The notes under the pieces were generated by a model. It was not told the DNA's origin. It worked only from the letters and a program-made list of their open reading frames with translations, and ran no database searches. 64,000 nt of DNA from Octopus vulgaris (lineage: Eukaryota). Made by a program: the position numbers and the translations under genes. Below are positions 37,442 through 51,426 of the stretch, piece after piece; position 1 is the stretch's first letter, and each line of letters begins with the position of its first letter. The DNA is taken from positions 21,638,001-21,702,000 of the forward strand of contig OX597826.1 of NCBI GenBank assembly GCA_951406725.2. The letters run 5' to 3'.

Positions 37442-37763
37442 AGGTGCAGGAGTGGCTGTGTGGTAAGTAGCTTCTTACCAACCACATGGTCCCGGGTTCA
37501 GTCCAAAGGCTTGTGAGTGAATTTGGTAGACGGAAACTGAAAGAAGCCTGTCATGTATATATTTGTGTGTTTGCCCCCCACCATCGCTTGACAATTGATG
37601 CTAGTTTATTTATGTCCCTGTAACTTTGTGGTTCGGCAAAAGAGGCCAATACAATAAGTACTAAGGCTTACAAAGATTAATTCCTGGGGTCGATGTGTTC
37701 GACTAAAGCCAGTGCTCCAGCATGGCTGCAGTCAAATGACTGAAATAAGTAAAAGAATCAAAG
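37442..37763 (+). mobile_element. tRNA-derived SINE (family of 14120-16146)
   Basis: ggagtggctgtgtggtaagtagctt head, ccagcatggctgcagtcaaatgactgaaataagtaaaagaa tail. Confidence 0.85.
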
Positions 37764-38082
37764 AAAATTGTTTATGAATGTCTGACTTTGACTCTTTCAA
37801 TACTCCTGCCTGGCTCCCATTAGTGGAGTTCATACTGTTACAGTTAAAGGCTGATCAATGTTACTGAAGTGAAAAAAACCATTGCAGGTTTATTTATAGA
37901 AAATGTTGACCAACTGAATATACAGAACAAGCAGTTTAATTCTAAGTGAGATGTTCATGGTCGCTAATGTCTTTCTCAGAAATGCAACCTGAATGACGGA
38001 TGTTAATTTTATGAAGTGACTCAAGATAACGAATGCCTAACCAATCTAATCTTTCAATTAATTAATATTTTCTCTTTTTCAG

Positions 38083-38205
38083 TTGGCTAAATTCAAGAGA
38101 CCTCGATATGTTGATTTTGTTAACAGTCATCCAATGACTGTAACTGGGAAAATACAAAAGTTCAAAATAAAAGAAAATCTTTTAGCAAAACTTAATCTGA
38201 AATAA
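38083..38205 (+). CDS. ACSF2: ACSF2 terminal exon (LAKFKRPRYVDFVNSHPMTVTGKIQKFKIKENLLAKLNLK*)
   Basis: tttcag acceptor; P.TVTGKIQKF catalytic-lysine motif; TAA at 38203-38205 overlaps an AATAAA. Confidence 0.96.
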   Translation: MAKFKRPRYVDFVNSHPMTVTGKIQKFKIKENLLAKLNLK

Positions 38206-39352
38206 ACAGTTGACTAATGATAAAGAATAAAAAAAACATTATCTGGACTCTAAATGCATTTTTCAATTTACTAATGTTGTCATTTTTCTCATCTCTTTGT
38301 CCAGACATGGTGTAAATAGTCTCTTATTAATAATTTCCACATCAATTTTCAACGACACCTTGCTTGAGATTGTTCCCAACTCAACATTGACTAATAAATT
38401 ACCTTCACCTTGCAACACATTCAAATAATGACTTTGGACACCTCAGAATTCTAGCTTGCCTAGCTTTTTCGTGTTTTTTAACCATTCAGCAGATCATCAC
38501 TTGTTTCTTTTACCTCTCTTCAGTGCCAAATATTCGCTAACATTGAGATTTGAAAATCAGTATTTTGAAGTAGAATGGTAAGAAACATAACAGACAAATG
38601 TGATATGAAGAAAATGATTTATGAAATGGTTCGATGAAACTGTTTAACCAATATTTAATACAGTCTTTTTTATTAAAAAAAAAAAATCCTTGGAAAAATG
38701 TACATTCTAAAAATAAATTCAGGGAATTAGTTTTAAAACAATTGAAATGCAAAGAAATAATTCAATTAGATTTTGTAAGTCATAATTTTATAAAATCCTA
38801 ACTTTCAAATGTTTTTTGTCTTTTCTTTTTTTAAGAAAATATTTTCAGATAAAACGGGAAATTATTAAAAACTCTTCAGTTTTCAATTATTAAAACTTTT
38901 TTTTTCCAAAGTCAGTAAATTTTACTGAAATACGTCTTCTGTAAGGTTTCGCTTTATTTTCCATAAAGCTTCAGAAATTTGCCCGTTTGTGCAGACGAAG
39001 GGAAATAATTAGGTCAACACAGAAACTAATTGTTCATTGAACGAAAAAAGGTTTACCAGCTCCAGATTAAATCACCATCATATGCAACAAACACACATAT
39101 ATGTGTGGGTACATACACATATATACGCACGCACATGCTAATGACTATTTACCATTGCAGTTCAGTTGTGTTCTCAAACGATGAGAATATATAATTTACA
39201 CTCCTATATTGCTTATTGCCAGAAAAGAAAACGTTTGAAGAGCAGTGAGTATTAGTGGCAGTGTGTAGAATGAACGGTCATATCTGAGAATTTGTTGAAA
39301 CAGCAGTAACAAGTACAAGAACATAAAAGTAGGGGCTAGGAATGGGGGCCAC

Positions 39353-39622
39353 TCAACCCCCTAAGCGGCTGGCCACCAGTTCCCTGTAGGCAATTGTAAT
39401 ATAAACAACCATCAAAGAAAGAACAAAGACATCGTCTAAGAGTCCAAACAAACCAAAAGCAGCTTCGGGAATTATGTCTAAGGGTGAAATAAGATAACAT
39501 ATCCCAAATACGGCACAGATCGTAATTCGCATACGAAATATTATCATAAGTCCATTCCACGAGAAAAGTTCTTGTAGACAGTGTCGTAGAAGAGTTGGGA
39601 TATCATTGAGATAGTCCATTAT
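39353..39622 (-). CDS. RNF170: RNF170 terminal exon (IMDYLNDIPTLLRHCLQELFSWNGLMIIFRMRI…YLISPLDIIPEAAFGLFGLLDDVFV…RLGG*)
   Basis: ttacag acceptor on - strand; YLISPLDIIPE..FG..GLLDD DUF1232-like membrane segment typical of RNF170. Confidence 0.95.
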   Translation of the reverse strand: MMDYLNDIPTLLRHCLQELFSWNGLMIIFRMRITICAVFGICYLISPLDIIPEAAFGLFGLLDDVFVLSLMVVYITIAYRELVASRLGG

Positions 39623-40079
39623 CTGTAACAGAAAATAAGCATTGAGTGTTGAAGAATTAAAAGCTGGAAGGGAATCAAATATATTTATGCATCAATAAAT
39701 ATACATGTAGTGATACACTTACACACAATCTTACATGTGTGTCTGTGAAGACAATGTTTAAAATAAAGTTGTCACCCACCCCTTAAGACAGGTGAACGCA
39801 TTCGAGGAAATGTTGGCTGCTATTTCTTCAGGTTTAACAATCAAATAGAAAAATGTTTCAGTTTTCTGTAGTCCCCTCCATTTATCAGATCTACTCCCTT
39901 ACATAGAAGAAAAGAGTCTTCGACACAATTCATTATGTAACATTAACTTCTTTACATTAATCTTATATACACTGCTGTTATTACGTAAAGGGCAAAAAAA
40001 AAAACTAAATGAGAGAATCGTTCAACTTTAAAACAATTTTCCCTGGAATCAACAGGCAAAGGAGATGCCTTAGAGAGAA

Positions 40080-41700
40080 TTACAGAGGAATCAAATAGCT
40101 GGACAAGGTCATGAAAGTTACAGAAGCAGTTATAGCCAAGCTAATTAGAAAAAGAGTTGCAGTAGTGTGGTTTTCTACCAGGGAGAAGCACTACTGATGC
40201 TTTCTTCCTAGTAAACCACCATAATTGGCTTTCATCAACCGGGAGAAAGTGTTTGGCAGGGTCACTCACTGCCTGATTTGGTGGTCATTAGAAAAGCTAG
40301 GAGTAAATAAATGGCTGACAAGTGGAGTCCAAGTTGTGTAAGAGGTACTGTCAGTAAGGTGACAGTGATATAATATAATATGTAATGAAATTATTGTATA
40401 CAGTGCTCAGGTGCACCACAACTTGTCAGAAAGTGCATATAGAGTATATGCAGTAATGTACAAATGTCTGGAAAGCGAACAATGTATGAGTCAGATACAT
40501 GCTTGTGTGTGTATTGAGGGGAGAAAATCAGGTGAAGTGCTGGCGAATCTCAGAAAGCATGGAAGTTTTGAAGGATGCAGTGCTCCGACAACTAACAACT
40601 GATGCCGGCAGTTTGTTCCATGCTTCAGCAACACTCAGCATGAAAAAATGTTTCCTAAAGTCATGGGAGCTGTGCTGTTTTCTGACTTTATAAATATGTC
40701 CACGGGTGTTAGATGGGTGGAGTTTGAAAAGGTGCTCAGAGTTATTGTTTGTACGATGGTTGATAATTTTATGGGTGTCTGCCAAGTCAGCTGCCAGACA
40801 TCGGAGGTAAACAGTCACCAGGGCTTGGCTTTCAGTAGCCCCACTATTTATTATCATCCTCCAGGACATAGCAAGAGTTTTAAGACCTGGTGCCAGTGGG
40901 AACTCCTCTATACTGATGACATTGTTTGTATAGCAGAATTAGAAAAGAAATTCTAAGAGTGGAAGCAAAATCCAGATTCAAAGTTAACTTTGCAAAGACC
41001 ATATAAGTAGGAATACAAACAATATTCTAGTTCTCTCAGGAAAATGACCCTGTTCAATATGTAGAAAAAGTGTAAGGAGGACTTCTATACAATGTACTCA
41101 GGGTAAACTATGGCCATGAGAGGTACAGCGGAATCACTGAAAGATTTACAGTAAAAGTAGACTTTGTGTGTACATGCTAGGAATAAAACACCAAGCATAC
41201 ATTGGAAATAAATTTTCTCAAATGCCCAGAAGGTTTGCTAGAACCTTCTGTTATCCAGGTGACCTAATTAGTAGTGGAGAGTGTAGTTGCTAGAATAGGA
41301 TGGCGAGAGTTCAGAGAGCTTTACTTGTATTGGTAATAAACGAGCTCTTCCTCAGATTGTATGAGGTTTGTGTATGAACAGTAATGCTACATGGCAGTGA
41401 AACATAAGCCATGAATGCAGAGGACATGTGATAACCAAAGAGAAAAGAAGTTTGCATACTTTTGCAGGTGTGCAATATCAATGTAAATTTATGATAAAGT
41501 ACAAATAAGTTGAGAAAGAAATTGGACATAAGATGCATTAGATGTAGTGTGCAAGAGAAGACTGTGCTAATATGGTCATTTGGTGCACATGAATGAGGCA
41601 CTAATAGCTAGATGTGGATAAAATATATGGAAGAGGGAAATCTAAAAAGATACAGAAGGGAATAGTGAAGACCAACCTCCAGATGATGACAAAGAACCAA
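40080..41700 (+). mobile_element. RTE-clade LINE RT fragment interrupted by a CR1/L2-type insertion
   Basis: GFLPGRSTTDAFF, WELLYTDDIV, FCYPGDLISSG, VMLHGSET motifs. Confidence 0.8.
40370..40810 (-). mobile_element. CR1/L2-clade LINE 3' end nested in the RTE fragment
   Basis: ADLADTHKII…HPSNTRGHIYKVRKQHSSHDFRKHFF…WNKLPASVVSCRSTASFK; (TTATA)n-like tail at 40368-40385. Confidence 0.8.
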
Positions 41701-42419
41701 AATGCTTGGCAATTTGCTAGGCTTGAGAAGACCCATTCATCTCAGCCAAAAAGCACATCATCCATACCTCTAACCCCTTCACCCAGTTTGTACCTGTCAA
41801 GCCTTCCCAACAACTCATCTTCATAATAAGTGATTCCTCCTTATTCAATCTTTATACACCTTATTGTACCATGAGGGTACTTCATGGATAAAGAGAGAAA
41901 ATTAAGAATGGCTAGGGGAATAAGTTGATCAGTGTGAAAGGAAAGTGGCAGATGGTTAGAGACGGAGCTAGAGATGAATGCAGTGAACATGGGTGGAAGC
42001 GTGATCAATGGTGAATCTGTTTGTAGGGGAGGATAAAGGAAAATAGGAGCAGGCAAAGATGAGCTGCAATATAATAAAACTGTAGGTAGGTGATGTGAAG
42101 TGTGGGGGAGAGATAGTGACAGAGTGAGTGGCAAAAATAAAGTCATCCTTTCCCACAATAAAGAGGGAAAGGAGGATATCGAGAATGAAGAATGGGTTTT
42201 TAAAAGGGTGTGGACACTGAGAGTGAAGAAAGGGAGTGGTTCCAGAGAGAGGGAGAGGTAACTGGTAGCACATACAAGGAATGATATATATGCGAGCCAT
42301 AGTTAGAAGAGTGGAGGGATGGATATTAGGAAGATAAAAGAAGGAGAAGGATGGATGAATATCGATTGGGTACAAAGCAGGAACCAGTGAGCATCTAGAC
42401 ACAGGCATAAGACTTTTAA

Positions 42420-42890
42420 GACCTTATATTCTACTGAGACAGAATGGTCTTTATGAGCACAGCAAACTGCAAACCATTTCACTCGTTTGTCATCTCCTTC
42501 ATGAAGTTCCACATCTTGAGATCAGCCTTCACTAATTCATCTCAATCTTCCTGAGTCTCCCTCTTCCACAAGTTTCATCTACATTTAATGACTGGCACAC
42601 CACACAGCTGTTACCATACAGGTGCATCACTTGAGAAAACCAGTGCCATATTCCCTCTTGTACACTACACCTGGTGTCTCTTGTGTCTTGTCTCATTCTA
42701 GTTTCCACATGCCTTCTGCATTCACAGCCCATGTTTCACTACCATGTAGCATTGCTGTTCATATACAAGCATCATACAGCCTGCCTTTCACTCAGAGAGA
42801 GGTCTTTTATTACCAACAGAGGTAACAGCTCTCTGAACGCTCTCCATCCTGTTCTTATTCTAGCAACTACACTCTCAGAATATCCTCCGC
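42420..42890 (-). mobile_element. RTE-clade LINE 3' fragment
   Basis: RLYDACI..AMLHGSETWAV segment on - strand. Confidence 0.7.
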
Positions 42891-43230
42891 TTCCCCACAA
42901 AGACACCAACCACTGTCAGGAAATGTTATTACATCTGATTTCACATCTGAAAAGAAAACTGATAAGTAGGAACTACCACAGAATAATTAAGACTACTACA
43001 GCTATGAGAGAGAGTGTGAGAGAGGAAGAGAGATCTTATAGCCTTCATTCTCAGGTAAACATTATAAATGGCAGTAGTATAGACTATAGAAACAATAGCT
43101 TTGGGGCTAAAATAACAGACAGCTCAACTGTGTGTGTGTGTCTCTAATAAGATGGAAAACAACATGAACAAACCCGAGACTAAAACAACACATGATGTTT
43201 TGAAAGTGTAAATGCTTGAAAATTACTTAC

Positions 43231-43350
43231 AGATCGAGGTTCTCCTGAGAATCTTCGATTATAATCATGAATTTGATTAAGTATATCAGCTCGTTCTTGT
43301 GTCGTAGAACGAGTTTCTGCATCGGTGAAACAAAGTAATAAAAGAGTAAC
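43231..43350 (-). CDS. RNF170: RNF170 exon (VTLLLLCFTDAETRSTTQERADILNQIHDYNRRFSGEPRS)
   Basis: tttcag acceptor, gtaagt donor, 40 codons; I.DYNRRFSG.PRS motif. Confidence 0.95.
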
Positions 43351-44319
43351 CTGAAAAGAAATTAAATTCAGAGTCTGTCAGGAACTATTCATAGCAAAGT
43401 ATCATTAAAGAATGTCACAAATACAACACCTGAGCATCTCACATTCGATTCAAAGATATTTGCAGTTGTCTCCCCTTCCTTTATAGCCAGGAGTTCATTA
43501 TTCAACATTTAAGAATTACAACAATGAGCTTAATGTCTACAATGCTCAGGTGCACAACAGGTGTAAAATGCAATAAATCTAATAGAAAAATATTAGCGGC
43601 AGGTAACATTACATTTGAATATTTAAGCAAAAGAGACAAAATTATAAAATATATTATTGGGGAGGGGAGGTCGTGATATTTTCTGTGAAGATGTGCAGCC
43701 TGATGGTTAGGATGTTAGGTTCACAATGATAAGGTCATAGGTTCAATTCCTGAATTCAACAGCATGTTGTATCCTTTATTTCGTGTTGCTCCAGTCTACT
43801 CAGCTGGAAATGAGTAACAGTCATATACTGGTGCAGCTTTCTCACTCTCTCCTTCCTTCATGCTCAGCAAAGTCAAGTGTAGGAGGGACAACAAGATATC
43901 TATATTGACCCACAACTACATAAAACACCCAAAACAAGTGGCCAAAGTCTGGTACAAGCTTTCACATCATACTCGTCTGTGACTGATGGCTAAACTTTTT
44001 TAAGCTTTTAGCATTCCAAGTCAAATTGCACTGGGCAAAAAGAATTTTAATTACTGTAATTAATTATCTAATTATATAAAACTTCTTGATTCACAATATC
44101 CACTTATGCTAACACCGACTTAATGGTTTGTTTTTAGAAAATATTGTTTTGTATATAAAATTAATTTAAAATATAACTGATAGAACATAAGTTGATGACT
44201 TGAAAATAAACTTTTATAGTTACAAATATCTTTAAATTTAACTATTTTTCAACAATTTTCAACACAATAAATCAATTGTTTTATGTGAAAAATGGAATTC
44301 ATTATGTTGTCAAACTTAC

Positions 44320-44393
44320 CTTTTGTCTACAAACTGGACACTTAATTCCACCTAGCCATGATCCATAATGCCAATAAGCAATGATGCAGCTAG
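44320..44393 (-). CDS. RNF170: RNF170 exon ([25 protein letters not shown]), second half of the RING
   Basis: ttttag acceptor, gtaagt donor, phase 1/0; CIIAYW.YGSWLG.I.CP.CRQ motif. Confidence 0.95.
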
Positions 44394-47300
44394 CTAAAAA
44401 TAAACAATGAGTATATATATGGATGTGTATATATATGTGTATGTATATATGTAGACAGACAGATACAGTTATCTAGCTATCTATATATATGTATAGAAAT
44501 GATGGCATAAGTAATTAGCGCAATAAATATGTTGTATCTTAATGAATAAATTGGTTTGATTCTAAGACAAGAGTAAGCAGCTGAAGTGTTTGTAAAGTGA
44601 CAATAACTTGCCCAGCTACAGCAATACAACAGCTGACAAATACTTAATAAAATGTTTCATATCTCCCCGTGTCCTTGTAACAACGCACCTGGTGATTGAA
44701 CTTCTACATGGCTCACTAGAAATGTTAAAAACAACAGCTTTGTCCCCTTTAAATCATTTCCCTTCTGTCTTAAAAGGAAAAAAGATATTGAATGATATAA
44801 TCCTGAATAAAAGACAGGATGGTCATCACTGGAATGCCTTTGGTTATAGGTTTATCTCTATTGCAGGGCAGACCTGGGGTTACCTGATCCCACCCAACCC
44901 CTCCCTCACTAAAAACAATAACAACCACCATAAATAGATCAATTATTAGGACAAAATGTTGTAAGGGTAGATACAATAAATAAGGGTGCACTCTCTAAAG
45001 AAAGGTACATACTATAAATTATAATGGTAGATGTTATAAATGATAAAGGTACAACTGTAAATAAGGGTAGCTGTTACAAAAAGATATGGGTATACACTAT
45101 AAATGAGAATATAAAATACTTAATAATTGCAAGTGGATTTAATGAACTATACCTCCAGCCTACCCCACAAAATACCAAAATGTGAATGGAATGAGAATAG
45201 AAACGCCTACTCCCACCCCACCACCAATGTACCCCACCGCCCTAATATGTAGCTTAGTGCTTAAGTTAGAAATCAATACAGTATTGATTATTAAAATTTA
45301 ATATATCTAATCAATAGTGTTGTTTATAAAAATCTAACCTAACTGATCAATATTATATTGACTAACAAAAATCTTCTTAATCCAGTTAATAAGCTAAGCT
45401 GTAAACATTAATCTTGCCCTTAATTATATAAACACTTAACCCTTCTCCGTTTATAAACAAATCAGTTATTTTTATCATAATTGGCTTGGGTTCATGAGGC
45501 TCTACATGGTCGCTAGAAATAGCAGTCAAATGTTCCTCAAACCAAACACCACTGTCTTGAACAAAGAAGAACACACTGGATGTGTAATGCTGGACAATCC
45601 TCACAGAAGATGGTCATGGTTTGAATACGTTTTATCGCATGTTTATTGAACCGAAACTAAACTTCACTAGTATTAATGCCATGATAAAAATGGGTGTTCG
45701 TTTATGCCTAATGGTTAGGGTGTTGATCATGGGTTTGATTCCCAGACCAGGTGGCACATTGAGTTCTTGAGCAAAACACTTCATTTCACATTGCTTAGTG
45801 ATCATTTCAATATCTGACATGTGGCATACATGTGGCACCTGTAGAGGCAGTGTTTATTTGATGGAAGTGAGCTTGAGTAAACACAAATTCTTCATCACCA
45901 ACAACAAATCACCTGTGTGATTGTTCAACAACAAACTGCAGAACCCTCATTCATCATCTAATGACAGGAGAGTTCATAATACACATACACCCACATACAT
46001 ATGGCGGTTGGTGTCGGAAAGGGCATCCAGCCGTAAAAACCCTGCCAAAACAGACAGTGAAGCCTGGTGCAATCTTCTGCCTAGCCAGCCCATCAAACCA
46101 TCCAACTGATGCCAGCATGGAAAAATAGATCTTAAATGATGATGATGATGATACACACACACATGCATAAATAACTGATATTTATTCATTGTTAATGAAC
46201 TGCACAGATGATTATGCAACTAAACATTATATAAACAAACCCACCTGCTCTGTTTTATCTTCTATGTGTATACTGTGGCCTACACAACTGTACAGTCCAA
46301 CTAAATGAAATTCAGACCACAATAATGCAAGTCCTTCTCAAAGTTATTCTTTGCATAAAAAGGAATACACACGGAATTCTAAATACTGGTTGTCATCCAA
46401 TTTAAATCTAAATTGCACTAGATATAAAAATACATATATTTGGGGATATGCAGTGCTTGAGAAGATCCAGCAAGCCAAGTGAGATCGTAGCCATGGCCGA
46501 TGCCAGTGTTGCATAGCTGGCCCATTTAAAAGCATCCTTTAATCATTGGGCAATATACTGTGCTTGTGGAGACCTGTTGAACCAAGTGAAATTGGAGTTG
46601 TGGCCAATGCCAGTGCCGCCTATGCTGGTGGCATGTAAAAAGTACCATCCGAGCATGGTTGTTGCAAGTGCTGCCTGACTGGTACCATACCAGTGGCACA
46701 TAAAAAGCACCCAGTCAAACCCTCCAACCATGCCAGCATGGAAAGCGAACATTAAATGACAATGATGATGGTATATATATATTATAAATGCAAAGTATGG
46801 ATGTAAAATCTGCATTTCAATACTTGCAGCAGTGAAACAAAATTTGTTAAGGTAGAAACTGATAAAAGTAAATTTTCTATGGCTGAATAACATTCCTGTT
46901 ACCAACCCTCACTTGTTAGGCAATATTCCTCCATGGCCAGACATGTTTTTACGAAAGTTTGGAGAAAAAAGGATATTGCTTGTATGAAGGTGACACTCAT
47001 TTACAACTTTCATGTGATGCCAAGACAAAGGGACACACATACCGCCACATAATTATCATCAACTCTCAACATCTATCTTCCACACCACAAGGACTACAGT
47101 AATAGACACTTGTTCAAGGTACTATGCAGTGGGACTGAACCCGAATCCATTTGATTGAAAAACAACTTCTTAACCACACAGCCAGATGAGAACTTATTTT
47201 ATGAAAGAATAGTGAGTAGTGTTTGTTGATCGAACTCTCATCTTTTTGTTGATCAAGCAAGCCATGAATTAAGAGTTAATAAGATGATTCCCACCTGACA

Positions 47301-48991
47301 ATCAGTTGAAGAATTCACTGCCATCATATGACCATATGGCCATTTTGCCTTCCCCACCACCCACCCCCTACTTTTGGTTAAACACATACAGGAGAAGATG
47401 TTGCACTCCATGGTCAAGTGATTGCTACAAAAAAAAAAACTTGGCAAAAAGATATATTGGGGGACAAACCTGAATAAGGGAACCAGTGAGAAATCAGGAA
47501 TGGAAAAATCAAAAAAGATTAGAATAAAAATGATGAGCAACATTACTAGATGGTGTCCTCCTCTTATCTCTTCCAACTCTACTATGACAGTCTCCTATTT
47601 CCTCAACTTGTCAACAATAGGTTGAAGCAATGCTTTGTAATTCTGTAGGTTTGGGTTCAATCCCATCCCGTGACATCCTGAACAAATGTCTCCTACCATA
47701 GCCTAAGGTCAATCAAAGCTTCCTAACTAAAATTAAGTAAATGGAAACTGTGGAGAAGCTTGATGTGTGGACCATTTCTCTTTATAATCCAATACCCTAT
47801 TTAGCACCATCATCTGACCCTTGGCTAGCTTTGAGTTCACTGTTGAGCTCAAGTGAGGTCCCTATTTCAAGATAACTTCTTCCCTTCTTCCTTCCAGAAA
47901 CCCTGACAAAAGGATCTGATTCAGTCGTGTAACCAACCAGTTCTACTTCAACACACCCACCCACCCCTCACGCAAAACTTTTGTTGTCTCCTCTTTCTAC
48001 CCTCCCTCCCTCCCACCCAATATTTCATCCTCAAACATTCAAGCAAGCTGCAAAGTCCTTCCCTCTGCTCTTCCTAACATTAACAGTTCAACAATTTACG
48101 TTATTGTGGTTGATGTAATAATAATGAATGGACTCTTCTGTCGAAGATGATGTATGACTGTCCAGCTTCTACCAAACAACCTGCAGCAAAAAATGATTTG
48201 TTTAAAGTGATCAAGTGCATGTGCCATACATTAGCTCACTTCCTCCAACAAATCAATGTTGCCTGAACAGGTGTATGGAGTACCATGTGGCAGGTGTCAA
48301 AGTGATTGCAAAGCAACGTGAGGTGAAGTGTTTTGCTCAAGAACATAATGCACCACCCGGTCTAGGAATTGAAACCACAATCTCGCAATCATGAGTACAA
48401 TACCAAAACCATAAGGCCATGCATCTTCATGCATGGCCTTGGTGTTGGGAAGGACATCCAGCCATAAAAACCCTGCCAAAACATACATTGAGACATGGTG
48501 CCGTCTTCTGCCTGGCCAGCTCCTATCAAACTTTCCAGCATGGAAAGTGGACGTTAAATGATGACGATGTGAAGGTAAAGAGTTATAAGAGATGGAGGAT
48601 AGTCATGTTGGACTTTTGTATAAATTTCATGGAAAATCAATCTTCACAGAAATGAAATTTTAAATGTATCAAATGTTATGATCCACAAGAACAGTTACCA
48701 AATTTTTCCCCGTTGCAGTGTGCCAAATGACAAAGGGCTCTAAGGAATGGCAAGTTGCTCTGAGATCCATTCAATCCATAACAGCCTGAGAAAATGGACA
48801 GATGATGATGATGTATATACAGAGAGAAATTATTAGTATCTGTGAATTAACTGTAAACTATACATCATCTTCATCAGTTGTCTGTGAGTTTGTATAACAT
48901 CTTTAAAAGCAGACTGTAAAATGTGTACTGGTGTTCCATTTATTTGTCTGTTTAGTGAAACAGTCTTTATTTGATCTGGAATTAAACTTAC

Positions 48992-49167
48992 CACAAAATA
49001 CATGACCGCAATTTGTTTCAACTCCAAAAGAAAGATCATCAAGACAAACAGGACAATTCGATTCATTCTGCCTTCGATTAGGATTGCTTACAGGTACGCG
49101 GTTCAGGTGTTCTCGAGCTGTTTGGACATTTTCTAGACTATCAGGATGGATTATTTGATGGTTATAA
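48992..49167 (-). CDS. RNF170: RNF170 exon (YNHQIIHPDSLENVQTAREHL…NCPVCLDDLSFGVETNCGHVFC), first half of the RING
   Basis: ttttag acceptor, gtaagt donor, phase 2/1; CPVCL…VETNCGHVFC C3HC4 RING start and IHP motif. Confidence 0.95.
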
Positions 49168-50611
49168 CTAAAATATAAATGAAACAGACAAGACATTAAC
49201 AGATTTATTTTAGGTTTCAATCAAGACATCATAGAAAAGATACTTTACTCATTTTGAGTCACAAATTATTAACAGCATTCATAACAACAACAACAACAAC
49301 AACAACTACAAATACCAAAATATTCTAACACCTTGCAACCAGGTTAAGCATAAAAAAATAAAAAGGCCTCAAATTTTTTTTTTCTCATAGGCAACAATAA
49401 TTATGACAACAATATACTTGAAATAATTAAAATATTTGTGACTGATTTTGGTAATCTTTGTAATTAGTAGAAGGTAATGAGCTGGCATAATCATTACTAC
49501 TTTGGACAAAATGTTAAACAGCATTTCTTCTGACTACATTCTGAGTTCAAATGCTGCCAGGTCAACTTTGCCCCTTTCAGAGTCAATAAAATATGCACCA
49601 GTTGAGCACTACCCCCAAAATTGCTGGCCTTGAGCCAAAATTGGAAACCAATATTTGTAATTTGTAAATAAGTTAAGAAAATTTGTAACATTAAAATGAA
49701 ATGATTAAAACCAACATCTGAAAGCAATTTTCGGCCGTGTCATTTTTGTGTTCTTTCTCAAAGAAGTGGAGCTGGGGTTAAAAATGTGCACAAAATCAGT
49801 TGTAGTAAAAGAGAAAACTGTACAGGTATGGAAATGTTAATGCGTATGAAGAGGGGCCAAATTATCTAAAGAGAAAGAACCTGCAAAAAAGGAAGAGGTG
49901 GGAAGAAATGACTGAAGCCAGAAGGCAGATAAGGCACCACAATAAATGGTAAACACTGTTCTGGGGAAGACCTGTCAAACCCCTGCCATCAATTGTTCTG
50001 ATTACTTAGGATTCATCTGAAGAACAACTGATAAAGAATCAATTTATTCTTTATTGTCACATCTGTTTCTAAAGATGGTAACATATTAGGTGATGTACCA
50101 AGTCAAATGGTGAAGTACTAGGTGAAGTTACAACACCATTCAGAGAAACAAAATATACAAACAAATCTGATGAATGACCAAGCTTTAATACAGTAAAACT
50201 GACATCAAAATTATATAATTCTTCAAACCATTTCCTTTTGATTCCCAAACTTTACTCTTGTCATTTTAACAAATTGCATAAACTTATAATCAATCATTAG
50301 TTAAAATGCAAAATTTTAACATTCCTCGTGTTTACGGACAGTGGACGACAGAATCAGCAGAACACTGACCAAACTAGCTTAGTTAAACTTTGATTTTAAA
50401 TGTTCTTGTTGTTGTTCCAGTTCCAGCCCAGATCAAGCAGGCCCAGGATCAAAGCTATTACAGCCTTGATCCACCTTGTCTCAGACGACGCTGTCTAAAA
50501 ACGTTCTTTTGACAACCCTTTATAGTATAGAACAATTTCTGACAGTCCTTTCTAGTATAAAATACATTTTGATAACCCTTTATTGTCCCCATAATCAAGA
50601 CATAAAACTAA

Positions 50612-50629
50612 AGAGAGAGAGAGTGAGAG

Positions 50630-50671
<42 letters not shown>
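50612..50671. repeat. (GA)n(GT)n microsatellite
   Basis: Directly visible. Confidence 0.95.
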
Positions 50672-50675
<4 letters not shown>

Positions 50676-51426
50676 AAAATGGTTTTCCTGATTCTTCCGC
50701 CTGTTATTGTTTTAATACATGAAGTCAAATCAAGTCACTTGTCAAAGAAATACAACACCGAAATGCATACATACATATGTAAACACACACAGATATATGT
50801 ATGTGTGTGTATATATATATACACACACACATTCATGGAAGTGGCCGGTTCAAAGGAACAGTGTCAGGCCACTCCAAACAAGGAATCTGAGAATCAAGGT
50901 TTTTAATGCATAACCGTCAGTCCGGCAAAATATATTTTTGTCGAACTGAGAATAAGTGTGTGAGGTAATAAGACATTTTTGTTAAGTTGAGATATCTAGC
51001 GGTTTCAAAATGATGATAGGATCATCGACGTAGATACGATTTACACTAGTATGGTGCTGAACCGACTACTCTTATGTAATAATCATTACCCAAAAAACGG
51101 ATGCAGAAACTTTCTGGTCGTTTCTGTTGATCACATATCTAGGTTGATGACCAGAATATATGATGTTTGTGTAAGAGCAGGAAGTATTATCTGGAAAATA
51201 ACCCTCTTTGGCAGATGTGTAGTACTCCCCTAGCAGGCCGAAAATAGACACCTTCTGATGCATAATTATATCAAAGTAAAACGTGGGCAGATGTGTTATA
51301 AAAGTTGAGGGCGAGGCAAGGAGGGCACGACGAAATATTAATAGATGTTTATTTATGAAATTAACTAACAACAGAAATGAATCAGTTATTTTCACTATCA
51401 ACTTATATAAAGTGACAATAGCTCAC

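Noticed and set aside
51072-51401. 109-aa - strand ORF in RNF170 intron 1
   Set aside because: No homology or splice support; RNF170 is complete without it.
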